DNA of 32,000 nucleotides from NCBI GenBank assembly GCA_000025185.1, contig CP001848.1, positions 2,280,001 through 2,312,000 of the forward strand, given 5' to 3'. Positions 15,963-23,825 of this stretch are shown here, piece by piece. The position numbers were made by a program, and so were the translations under genes. This DNA comes from Pirellula staleyi DSM 6068 (lineage in GTDB: Bacteria > Planctomycetota > Planctomycetia > Pirellulales > Pirellulaceae). Under the pieces are notes generated by a model. It made no database searches and had not been told where the DNA came from. It saw nothing but the letters and a program-made list of their open reading frames with translations. Position 1 is the stretch's first letter, and the number at the start of each line of letters is the position of its first letter.

Positions 15963-18020
15963 ATGGCACGTGCACTCACGTTTACGTCTCCGCTAGGTCC
16001 CGACAAGTTCGTCCTTCAGTCGATGGAAGCTTACGAGGAACTGGGACGCTTGTTTGAATACAAGCTGCGGCTCCTCAGCAAAGATGGCGCGATCAAGCTC
16101 GACGATTTGATCGGCAAGAACGTGACGATCAGCGTCGAGCTAGTCGATGGCCGAACACGCTATTTCAATGGCGAAGTAGCGGAATTCGAGCAGATCACCG
16201 AATCGTTCCAAGACTACTTCGTCTACGTGGCGATTGTACGTCCAGAGCTGTGGTACCTTTCGCTCACCGCCGACTGCAAGATCTTTCAGCAGAAGACAGC
16301 GGTCGACATCATCAAGGCGGTGCTCGGCGATGGAGCGGTGACGTATCGGACATCGCTCAGCAAGACCTATCGGACCCTCGAATACTGCGTCCAGTACAAC
16401 GAGTCGGACTTCAACTTCGTCAGTCGCCTGATGGAGCAGGAAGGTATCTACTACTTCTTCGAGCATGCCCAAGGCACCCATAAGATGGTGCTGGCCGATT
16501 CCATTTCGGCGCACAAGGCGATCGAAGGGGAAGCCAGCATCGCTTACATGTCGCGTCGCGATGGCTTCGACGACGACACCGATCATGTGTTCGACTGGAA
16601 AGTGCGACACAAAGTCCGCACCGGTGTTTGGGCGCACACCGATTTCGACTTCGTCAAACCCAAGTCGAACCTCGAGGCCAAATCACAAATCGTTCGATTG
16701 CACCCCCAGTCGTCCAACGAAGTCTTCACCTATCCCGGTTCCTACACCGTCGTAGCTGATGGTACGGGCTATGCCCGTAACCGCATTGAAGAAGAGCACA
16801 CCGTTCACGATGTGGTCGTTGGTCGCACCAATGCACTCCAGATGGCTGTCGGTGGACTCTTCACCCTCACCGACTATCCACGGGCCGATCAGAACGTCGA
16901 GCATTTGATCACCATGATCAACATGGTCTTCAAGCAAGAGATCGAGACCGCTGGTGGAGCGGTGCAAGGGACCGTCGACACCAAGCTCGGCGTTTTCATC
17001 GAGCATCAATTTGGAGCGCTCGAGAAATCGAAGCCCTTTCGTGCTGCCTGGACCACTCCCCGGCCGATCGTACGTGGCCCGCAAACTGCGATTGTCGTGG
17101 GTAAAGCAGGGGAAGAAATCTGGACCGATCTGTATGCCCGTGTGAAAGTGCAATTTCACTGGGATCGCTACGGTCAGAAAAATGAAAACAGCAGTTGCTG
17201 GCTCCGTGTGGGGCAAGTTTGGGCGGGGCCTGAGTGGGGCGCGATTCACATTCCCCGCATCGGTCAGGAAGTGATTGTCGACTTCCTGGAAGGTGACCCC
17301 GATTGTCCGATCGTGACGGGGCGTGTGTACAACGGCGACAACATGCCTCCGTATGCGCTCCCCGCGAATCAAACGCAAAGTGGTATCAAGAGTCGCTCGA
17401 GCAAGAGCGGCACCGCGCAGAATTTCAATGAACTCCGGTTTGAGGACAAAAAAGATTCCGAGCATATCTATTTCCATGCGGAAAAAGATTTCACTCGCAT
17501 CGTCGAGAACAACGACGTCCTAAAGGTCGGCTTCGACAAAAAGCAAGCCGGCGATCAAACGATCGACATCTATAACAATCGCACCACCACGATCGAGCAA
17601 GGTAACGAGAAACTGCAGGTCAAGGTCGGTAATCGCGAGACTCTCGTCGATACCGGTAACGACACGCATGTGGTCAAGACCGGCAATCGTGAGACGACGG
17701 TGACCACTGGTAACGACACGCACACCATCAGCACCGGCAATCGAGAAGTCACGGTTTCGAAAGGCAACGATACCCTGACGGTAACCACGGGAAATATGAC
17801 AGTGACGGTGACAGCCGGCACATGCAAAATCACAGCGGGGACCGCAATCGAACTGATCTGCGGTGGCAGCTCGATCAAGATGACCCCCTCGTCGATTGCG
17901 ATCGAATCTCCCACCATCAACATCAAGGCGAGTGGCACTTTGAATGCCGAATCCCCCGCAACAACCGTCAAGGGGACCGGCATGCTCACCTTGCAAGGTG
18001 GCGTCGTGAAGATCAACTAG
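15963..18020 (+). CDS. vgrG: Type VI secretion system spike protein VgrG (canonical, no C-terminal effector extension)
   Basis: 685 aa. Typical VgrG opening: ALTFTSPLGPDKFVLQSMEAYEELGRLFEYKLRLLS. gp5 OB-fold core: RVGQVWAGPEWGAIHIPRIGQEVIVDFLEGDPDCPIVTGRVYNGDNMPPYALP. Also NELRFEDKKDSEHIYFHAEKD. A C-terminal beta-helix of TGNDTH/TGNRET repeats ends LTLQGGVVKIN. Confidence 0.95.
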   Translation: MARALTFTSPLGPDKFVLQSMEAYEELGRLFEYKLRLLSKDGAIKLDDLIGKNVTISVELVDGRTRYFNGEVAEFEQITESFQDYFVYVAIVRPELWYLSLTADCKIFQQKTAVDIIKAVLGDGAVTYRTSLSKTYRTLEYCVQYNESDFNFVSRLMEQEGIYYFFEHAQGTHKMVLADSISAHKAIEGEASIAYMSRRDGFDDDTDHVFDWKVRHKVRTGVWAHTDFDFVKPKSNLEAKSQIVRLHPQSSNEVFTYPGSYTVVADGTGYARNRIEEEHTVHDVVVGRTNALQMAVGGLFTLTDYPRADQNVEHLITMINMVFKQEIETAGGAVQGTVDTKLGVFIEHQFGALEKSKPFRAAWTTPRPIVRGPQTAIVVGKAGEEIWTDLYARVKVQFHWDRYGQKNENSSCWLRVGQVWAGPEWGAIHIPRIGQEVIVDFLEGDPDCPIVTGRVYNGDNMPPYALPANQTQSGIKSRSSKSGTAQNFNELRFEDKKDSEHIYFHAEKDFTRIVENNDVLKVGFDKKQAGDQTIDIYNNRTTTIEQGNEKLQVKVGNRETLVDTGNDTHVVKTGNRETTVTTGNDTHTISTGNREVTVSKGNDTLTVTTGNMTVTVTAGTCKITAGTAIELICGGSSIKMTPSSIAIESPTINIKASGTLNAESPATTVKGTGMLTLQGGVVKIN
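17601..17815 (+). repeat. In-frame octapeptide-periodic repeats forming the VgrG beta-helical needle
   Basis: Recurrent ggtaacgac acgca / ggcaatcg(t/a)gag units encode GNEKLQVKVGNRETLVDTGNDTHVVKTGNRETTVTTGNDTHTISTGNREVTVSKGNDTLTVTTGNMTVTVT. Confidence 0.7.
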
Positions 18021-18095
18021 CCAGCTAAGCGGTTCTGTTCTAGGTGGGTGTCTCGCAAGTGAAGTTCCTGCATCGACTTCTGGGCGACGTGAACT

Positions 18096-19049
18096 ATGCG
18101 GATAACGCTTCAAGTGACGGCTGGTCCTGAAAAGGGGCGCAAGGTTTATCTGCAGCAAGGGCAGACCGCGCGCTTCGGACGGACAGAATGGGCCGACTTC
18201 AGCTTCCCGAAAGATAAGCAGCTTGCCGACGAGCATTTTCTGCTCGACTACGGCCGCACCAACCTGAAGCTCAAAGCGCTCGGCGCTGATCGCATTGTGA
18301 AGGTCAACGGCGCTCCTGTCGCCGAGATACAGCTGAACCATGGCGACAATATCGAAGCAGGCGAGACCACGCTGCAAGTGTTGTTCGCGGGACAGCCGAT
18401 GCCGATCTCGCCTGCTGCAGCAGCCGCAGCCGCCGCAGCGCTGGCCGCTTCCGCCGAGGAAGCCGAAAAAAACAAAGTCCGGCTTCCGATCCATCTGTGT
18501 GAGGAGCTGGAGTTCGGGGACGACGAAGCCGATCTGGCCAACACCTGCACCACCGATCCCGAGTGGATCGACAAACTGGCGGCCAACCAAAAGTTTTCTT
18601 CCGCGCTCCGCGTGCAAGCTTTTTTGCTACCCCAACGCGAGGCGGTCTGGTGGGCCGCACAAATGGTCGACCAAACCATGGGGGCCAAGCTCAAGCCAGC
18701 TGATGCCGCCGCTTATGCCGCTGGTCTTGCCTGGGCGCTCGATCCCAATGAAGACTACCGTCGCGATGCAGAACGTGCCGCCGCGAAGACCAAATGTGAT
18801 GGACCCGGCAGCTGGGTGGCGCTGGCAGCTTTTTGGAGTGGCGACTCCATCGCGCCGGTCGAGATCGACCCCGTGAAGCCCGACCACCGCTTGACCTCGC
18901 AGGCCGTTGCGACAGCGATGGTCATTTCGGCCTATCAAGAGAAATCGGCACCTCCGGCGACTCGTTTCGCCCGCTATTTGGCGGTGGGACGCGATATTCA
19001 GGAGGGCAAACTCAAAATGCCGACAGAAGCTGCCAAGCCGACCAAGTAA
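18096..19049 (+). CDS. FHA-domain protein with poly-Ala linker and unassigned alpha-helical C-terminal domain
   Basis: 317 aa. It starts 75 nt after the vgrG stop. FHA pattern in residues ~1-97: ARFGRTEWADFSFPKDKQLADEHFLL...LKALGADRIVKVNGAPV...LNHGDNIEAGETTLQVLF. Linker: PAAAAAAAAALAASAEEAEK. The ~190-aa C-domain contains REAVWWAAQMV...AAGLAWALDPNEDYRRDAERAA...WVALAAFWSG, which I cannot assign to a family. Confidence 0.9.
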   Translation: MRITLQVTAGPEKGRKVYLQQGQTARFGRTEWADFSFPKDKQLADEHFLLDYGRTNLKLKALGADRIVKVNGAPVAEIQLNHGDNIEAGETTLQVLFAGQPMPISPAAAAAAAAALAASAEEAEKNKVRLPIHLCEELEFGDDEADLANTCTTDPEWIDKLAANQKFSSALRVQAFLLPQREAVWWAAQMVDQTMGAKLKPADAAAYAAGLAWALDPNEDYRRDAERAAAKTKCDGPGSWVALAAFWSGDSIAPVEIDPVKPDHRLTSQAVATAMVISAYQEKSAPPATRFARYLAVGRDIQEGKLKMPTEAAKPTK

Positions 19050-19234
19050 GGCCCCTCTCGATTGTTTTCGCGAGTTCGTGCTGCCTGCTATCCGGTGGAC
19101 TTTCGTCAATCCCATGCCCCATCCGGGTAGATTCCCAGTGGGGTCTTAGCGTATTTTAAGAGCTACCGTGCAGTGCTGGCCTCTAGCGCTTCCGAGCTTT
19201 TTTGGTAACAAGAGTCCGCAGGAATCGTTCTCTT

Positions 19235-20296
19235 ATGTCCATGCCCGCTTCGCTCCAATCCCGCTATCGGATGATTCGCGAGATTGGCCAAGGTTCGTTC
19301 GGAGTGGTCTATCTGGTCGAGGATTTGCAAACCTCCGAGCAGCGGGCACTAAAAGTTCTCCTTCCTTGGGCTGCTGCTGACGAAAAGCTTCGGCATCGCT
19401 TACGCCGCGAAGCTCGGCTAGCTTCTAGCCTTACTGGCAAACATGTCGTTCGCACCTATGAAGTGGGCGAGACCCCCGATCCGAACGTCTACTTGGTGAT
19501 GGAGTACCTCGAAGGGCGCGATCTCACCGAGGTGCTAGACGCCGAAAATAAGCTCACTCCTACGCGGGTCGAGTCGATTGCGCGGCAAATGCTGGTAGCG
19601 CTCAGTGACGCCCATCGCATGGGGATTGTGCACCGCGATCTCAAGCCGCAGAACGTTTTTCTCTGTCCCACGCCCGATGGGGGCGAAGTGGTCAAAGTCT
19701 TCGATTTTGGGATCGCCAAGGTGACCGGTGCGGGGGCACTCACGGAAACTGCCAAGCTGACGATCTCCGGCGGTGTGATGGGAACACCTGCCTACATGAG
19801 TCCCGAGCAATGCCGGGGAGAAATGCTGACCCCCAGCAGCGATCTCTATTCGCTAGGGATCTTGCTCTACGAACTCCTGACCGGCAACGTGCCGTTTGAT
19901 CACGATAATCCGGTGCAAATTTTGCTGATGCACCATAGTAAACCCGCCCCGCCACTCCCGCCGGAGATTGCCTGGACCCACTTGGGAAAGGCCATCATGC
20001 ACGCTCTGGAAAAGAACGCCGACGACCGTTTTGCATCGGCCGACGAATTCCTGGCGGTCCTTAACGGCCAGCCTGTCCCCCCGCGAGCCCCTCAGAAAGC
20101 TCCTCCTGAGGCAAAGAAAACGCCGCAGGCAGCTCCCAAAGGAAATCCGGAGCCCGTACTCACGAAGTCGGCCACTGAGGTCGATCCGTACGCGAATATG
20201 GTACCTCCCAGCTCAGCTTGGAAGATTTGGGTACTTCTCCTCGTCGTCCTGGTGCTTGGGAGCGCCGGAGCTGCTGCGGTCTACTTCCTGAAATAA
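19235..20296 (+). CDS. Hanks-type Ser/Thr protein kinase, C-terminally membrane-anchored, no sensor ectodomain
   Basis: G-loop IGQGSFGVVYLV, VAIK-type Lys in RALKVL, catalytic loop HRDLKPQNVF, DFGIAK, GTPAYMSPE. A Pro/Lys-rich linker precedes the terminal TM helix WKIWVLLLVVLVLGSAGAAAVYFLK*. The ORF track starts at TTG 19202; the ATG at 19235 (MSMPASLQSRYRMIREIG) is the more likely start. Confidence 0.9.
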   Translation: MSMPASLQSRYRMIREIGQGSFGVVYLVEDLQTSEQRALKVLLPWAAADEKLRHRLRREARLASSLTGKHVVRTYEVGETPDPNVYLVMEYLEGRDLTEVLDAENKLTPTRVESIARQMLVALSDAHRMGIVHRDLKPQNVFLCPTPDGGEVVKVFDFGIAKVTGAGALTETAKLTISGGVMGTPAYMSPEQCRGEMLTPSSDLYSLGILLYELLTGNVPFDHDNPVQILLMHHSKPAPPLPPEIAWTHLGKAIMHALEKNADDRFASADEFLAVLNGQPVPPRAPQKAPPEAKKTPQAAPKGNPEPVLTKSATEVDPYANMVPPSSAWKIWVLLLVVLVLGSAGAAAVYFLK

Positions 20297-20475
20297 GAGA
20301 GAAGCTCGAGCCCAGCTGGCCACATTGAGCTAAATTGTCTCATCAGTTGGGAACCTGGGATTGGGTTGCTCGCAAGCGGGCAACTGCTATCATCCAGCCA
20401 GTATTAGGAGGCAAATGCCGCCGCTGCACGACGCAGCTGCGCAAAGGGTTGCCTCCCGCTCAAAGGAGCACGCAC

Positions 20476-21408
20476 TTGGTCGAGTCGATTAAGAAGTTCA
20501 CTCAGTCCGATATCTTCAGTCGGCTGATCCTGTTCCTCATCATCCTATCGGGTGTTTTGGTCGGCTGCGAGACCTACCCCGCCTTCGCCGATGGAACGAC
20601 TCTGGGCGATGTCGTCAACATTGTCCAAAACATCATTTTGTATGTCTTCGTTTTCGAAGCCGTTCTCAAAATGATCTCGTTCTTCCCACGTCCTTGGGAT
20701 TACTTCCGACGTCCGTGGAATGTGTTCGACTTTTGCATCATCGTGGTCTGCTTCCTGCCGATCAATGCGCAGTATGCCACCGTGTTTCGTCTGGCGCGAC
20801 TGCTGCGAACGCTTCGCATGGTCACCATTCTGCCACGACTTCAAGTGCTCGTCGCTGCACTCCTCAAGTCGATTCCGTCGCTCGGCTATATCGGTGTGCT
20901 ACTTGGCTTGCACTTCTACGTGTATGCCGTGGCTGGAACGTTTTTGTTCGGCAAAAACGATCCGATTCGGTTCGGCAATTTGCACGAAACCACACTCACG
21001 CTCTTCCAAGTGCTGACGCTCGAAGGTTGGAACGACATTCTGGCCACGCAGTATCATGGCAGCGAGCAAGAGTACGACGATGGCTGGAAGAATAAGATCG
21101 CCACGCTCGGAATCAATCGAGTATCCCAAGCGCAGCCGGTGGTGGCATCGATCTATTTTGTAACCTTTATCTTGCTTGGCACCATGATCATGCTCAACCT
21201 GTTTACAGGTGTCATTATCAGCAGCATGGAGGAGGCGACATCCGAGACCAAGGAAGAAGCGCGCGAAGAGCAATTAAAGAAGCGCGGGTTCTTGACCCTC
21301 CACGATGAGCTTTCGCTTCTCGGAGAACAACTCCAAACGCTCAGCGAGCGCATCAAGGGAATCGAAATCCGCGAGGATCGCGAAAATCGAGACGACAAGG
21401 ATACTTGA
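20476..21408 (+). CDS. Single-domain voltage-gated cation channel of the BacNaV/NaChBac family (6TM, Ion_trans) with C-terminal coiled coil
   Basis: S1 IFSRLILFLIILSGVLVGCETY. S4 with Arg every third residue: VFRLARLLRTLRMVTILPRLQVL. Pore FQVLTLEGWNDIL (filter TLEGWND at 21016-21036). S6 VVASIYFVTFILLGTMIMLNLFTGVIISSM. C-terminal heptads: LSLLGEQLQTLSERIKGIE. The track ORF opens at TTG 20335. I place the start at TTG 20476 because AAGGAG lies 7 nt upstream and the resulting N-terminus, (M)VESIKKFTQSDIF, is the short pre-S1 segment I recall for this family. The start is uncertain. Confidence 0.85.
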   Translation: MVESIKKFTQSDIFSRLILFLIILSGVLVGCETYPAFADGTTLGDVVNIVQNIILYVFVFEAVLKMISFFPRPWDYFRRPWNVFDFCIIVVCFLPINAQYATVFRLARLLRTLRMVTILPRLQVLVAALLKSIPSLGYIGVLLGLHFYVYAVAGTFLFGKNDPIRFGNLHETTLTLFQVLTLEGWNDILATQYHGSEQEYDDGWKNKIATLGINRVSQAQPVVASIYFVTFILLGTMIMLNLFTGVIISSMEEATSETKEEAREEQLKKRGFLTLHDELSLLGEQLQTLSERIKGIEIREDRENRDDKDT

Positions 21409-21457
21409 GCCGAGCAGCGCTCGAGCGCGTAGCGTTTGAGCATCGCAGTTTTGCGTC

Positions 21458-21490
21458 GAGCGGCGCTTCACTTTTGGCGCCGCTCTCTTT
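21458..21490 (+). terminator. Candidate rho-independent terminator after the channel gene
   Basis: A 9-bp perfect GC-rich stem, GAGCGGCGC (21458-21466) with GCGCCGCTC (21477-21485), and a 10-nt loop, followed by TCTTT. A weaker hairpin, GGCTTT-AGGG-AAAGCC (~21511-21526), sits next to the stop of the convergent minus-strand gene. Confidence 0.45.
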
Positions 21491-21528
21491 GAAAAGGCTG
21501 ACTTGATCGGGCTTTAGGGAAAGCCTGT

Positions 21529-22623
21529 TTATCGTCGGCCGATGGCGTAGCCATACTGCGTGGGCCAGGCCGAATTGCCACCCAGCTTCTCGTAGGCCTG
21601 ATGCGCCCAGTAGGGCTCGCGCAAAAGCTCGCGACCAATCAGAATCAGGTCGGCGTCCCCTGCATCGAGAATCGCTTGCGCCTGTTCGGGGCTGGTGATC
21701 AAGCCGACCGCTGCTGTCTTGATCGAAGCCTCGCGGCGAATGCGACCTGCAAGAGGGACCTGATAGCCAGGTGCTACAGGAATTTTGACATGCGGCACAA
21801 TTGCGCCGCTCGATACATCGATCATGTCGACACCCACTTCACCCAGAGATTTAGCGAGTTCGATCGATTGCTCGATGTCCCAGCCACCAGCGACCCAATC
21901 GGTCGCCGAAATGCGAGTCAGCAGTGGCATCTCGCGCGGGATCACTTCTCGCACCGCACTAGCGACCCGCACCAGCAAACGCATCCGATTCTCGAGGCTT
22001 CCTCCGTAGTCGTCGGTACGCATGTTCGACAGCGGTGAAAGAAACTCGTGCAACAAATAGCCGTGAGCGGCATGGATTTCGACGAACTCAAATCCAGCAG
22101 CCAGTGACCGTTTGGTCGCAGCGATAAATGCGTCGACCAAGCAGTTGATACCTGCTTCATCAAGCGCCGTCGGCACGGGGGAATCATCGCTGAAAGCTAC
22201 AGCCGAAGGGGCTAGTGGCTGCCAACTGCGAGGATCAGGGGCGTGCAACGGTTTACCACCAAGCCATGCGAGATCGCAGCTTGCTTTCCGCCCTGCATGA
22301 GCCAGCTGAATTCCGGGGACCGATCCTTGGGACTTCACGAAGGTCGCGATCCGCGCCAGAGGCGCGACATGCTCGTCGGACCAAATGCCCATATCTCCCG
22401 GTGAGATACGCCCCTCGGCTGTCACCGCCGTCGCCTCGACCATCACCAGCCCGGTTCCTCCCGATGCCCGACTTCCAAGATGCACCAGGTGCCAATCGTT
22501 GGCGAGCCCATCGATGGCTGAGTACTGGCACATCGGGGACATTCCGATCCGATTCGGAATCGTTAATCCACGCATGGTCAAGGGAGAAAGAAGTGAGACG
22601 CTCGAAGGGGCTGCACTGGACAT
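21529..22623 (-). CDS. namA: NADPH:flavin oxidoreductase, old yellow enzyme family, YqjM/NamA type
   Basis: 364 aa. LTIPNRIGMSPMCQYSA...DWHLVHLGSRASGGTGLVMVEATAVTAEGRISPGDMGIWSDEHV...GIQLAHAGRKAS closely follows the YqjM-type OYE pattern, including the PMCxYS cysteine. Confidence 0.9.
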   Translation of the reverse strand: MSSAAPSSVSLLSPLTMRGLTIPNRIGMSPMCQYSAIDGLANDWHLVHLGSRASGGTGLVMVEATAVTAEGRISPGDMGIWSDEHVAPLARIATFVKSQGSVPGIQLAHAGRKASCDLAWLGGKPLHAPDPRSWQPLAPSAVAFSDDSPVPTALDEAGINCLVDAFIAATKRSLAAGFEFVEIHAAHGYLLHEFLSPLSNMRTDDYGGSLENRMRLLVRVASAVREVIPREMPLLTRISATDWVAGGWDIEQSIELAKSLGEVGVDMIDVSSGAIVPHVKIPVAPGYQVPLAGRIRREASIKTAAVGLITSPEQAQAILDAGDADLILIGRELLREPYWAHQAYEKLGGNSAWPTQYGYAIGRR

Positions 22624-22842
22624 GGGACCTGCCTGCCGTCAGATGAAATTTGCAACATGAGAGGTTCCAGATCATACGCGGCTGATTCGCCGAGGCAACG
22701 CCCTGACCCTCGGGCCTAGTGTGTACTTACTTGAGCTGGCCCATCCGGAATTACAACTTCTTAAGAGAGACTCGGCGAGCGTTGCCCCTGACGATTCGTA
22801 GTCGATAATTGACCTACAGAGACGCACGAGAGAGCCCATATC

Positions 22843-23184
22843 ATGACACCTCGCATGCCACAGAATCGTCCGGTAGCAACTTGGTTGCTTCTGACACTGC
22901 TGCTGATTCCAGCGGGGATGCTGGTGCATGCTCAGGGGGAACTCGACACTTTTGCGAGTCGATCGGGATGGCAAGTTTCCCATCCATCTCCAGCCATTCG
23001 TCCGGTTCAAATCAGCGAGTGGGCCTCAGTCGATGACGTGGTCGACAATCTTCATGATCGAGTCGTACTTCCAGCCGCCACGGTGGTGGAACGAAGTCTC
23101 CTCGATACTCGCAGCGCTGTTCTCTCCAGCGTGCCGCCAGGGAACTTCGATCGCGTGATCAGGTTTCTCCATCTGACGATCTAA
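22843..23184 (+). CDS. Hypothetical secreted protein (doubtful)
   Basis: 113-aa ORF with a plausible signal peptide, MTPRMPQNRPVATWLLLTLLLIPAGMLVHA|QG. No recognisable domain. Competing ORFs exist on the other strand. Confidence 0.3.
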   Translation: MTPRMPQNRPVATWLLLTLLLIPAGMLVHAQGELDTFASRSGWQVSHPSPAIRPVQISEWASVDDVVDNLHDRVVLPAATVVERSLLDTRSAVLSSVPPGNFDRVIRFLHLTI

Positions 23185-23400
23185 TCTTCTCGCGCGACAC
23201 CGTTCCCAGACCGCTGGTAACGCTCTTTGCCGTACGCTCATCGCCCAACTGTAGCAGCCCGAGCCACTTGGCAGCTGATTCGGCTTCGTGGTTCCCTACG
23301 CGATGTTTGCGCAAACTCCCAACGATCACAGGCTGCGCACTGCTGATTTGGATTCCAAATTCTGTTGCTGTTTTCTCTCGATGATATGAAAGGTTGTTTT

Positions 23401-23613
23401 ATGGTCACCAAATTTGCCCATCTGTTGTTGCTGGTAGCTCTCCTCTCGAGTAGTGCTACGAGCCTTGTGGCTCAAGAGGCAACTTCTGCTTCTTCGAACT
23501 CTCAAACCTCGAAGCATGGGGTCACTTACATCTCCACACGCAGTCATCACACACACCATCGCGCCCCTTGGGAATATCCCAAGACCGACGCTCGTCGCTT
23601 CGGCTCGCACTAG
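23401..23613 (+). CDS. Hypothetical small secreted His-rich protein (doubtful)
   Basis: ATG at 23401 with AAAGG 7 nt upstream. Signal-peptide-like MVTKFAHLLLLVALLSSSATSLVA|QE, then SRSHHTHHRAPWEYPK. The track ORF begins earlier, at TTG 23365. Confidence 0.3.
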   Translation: MVTKFAHLLLLVALLSSSATSLVAQEATSASSNSQTSKHGVTYISTRSHHTHHRAPWEYPKTDARRFGSH

Positions 23614-23825
23614 TACGAATCGCACGAACGAGTTGCATGCGTGACGCGGATAATCCGAGCGGTATGTGACGAAATAGCCGCTTTAAAAAATTAGACGCGC
23701 TCTCGTCCCTGGATCTTTTGCCCACTCACTGATGCCTCAAGCTCCTTCATCCAATCGAGGTGAAGGAGAGGTGAGAGACGAGCTTCCTGGGTCGATGACT
23801 TCCCGTGGGTAATCCACGGGGGAGA

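Noticed and set aside
17601-17815. Tandem repeats as a CRISPR-like or VNTR array
   Set aside because: They are in-frame, imperfect, 24/48-nt periodic repeats encoding the normal VgrG beta-helix. There is no spacer structure.
17520-18617. 365-aa minus-strand ORF spanning the vgrG end and the FHA gene start
   Set aside because: It is antisense to two strongly supported genes and crosses their intergenic gap. The composition is shadow-like.
22995-23015. GGTTCAAATC tRNA T-loop-like string
   Set aside because: The flanking bases do not form a T-stem (TCCGG vs CAGCG) and no acceptor or anticodon arms could be drawn.
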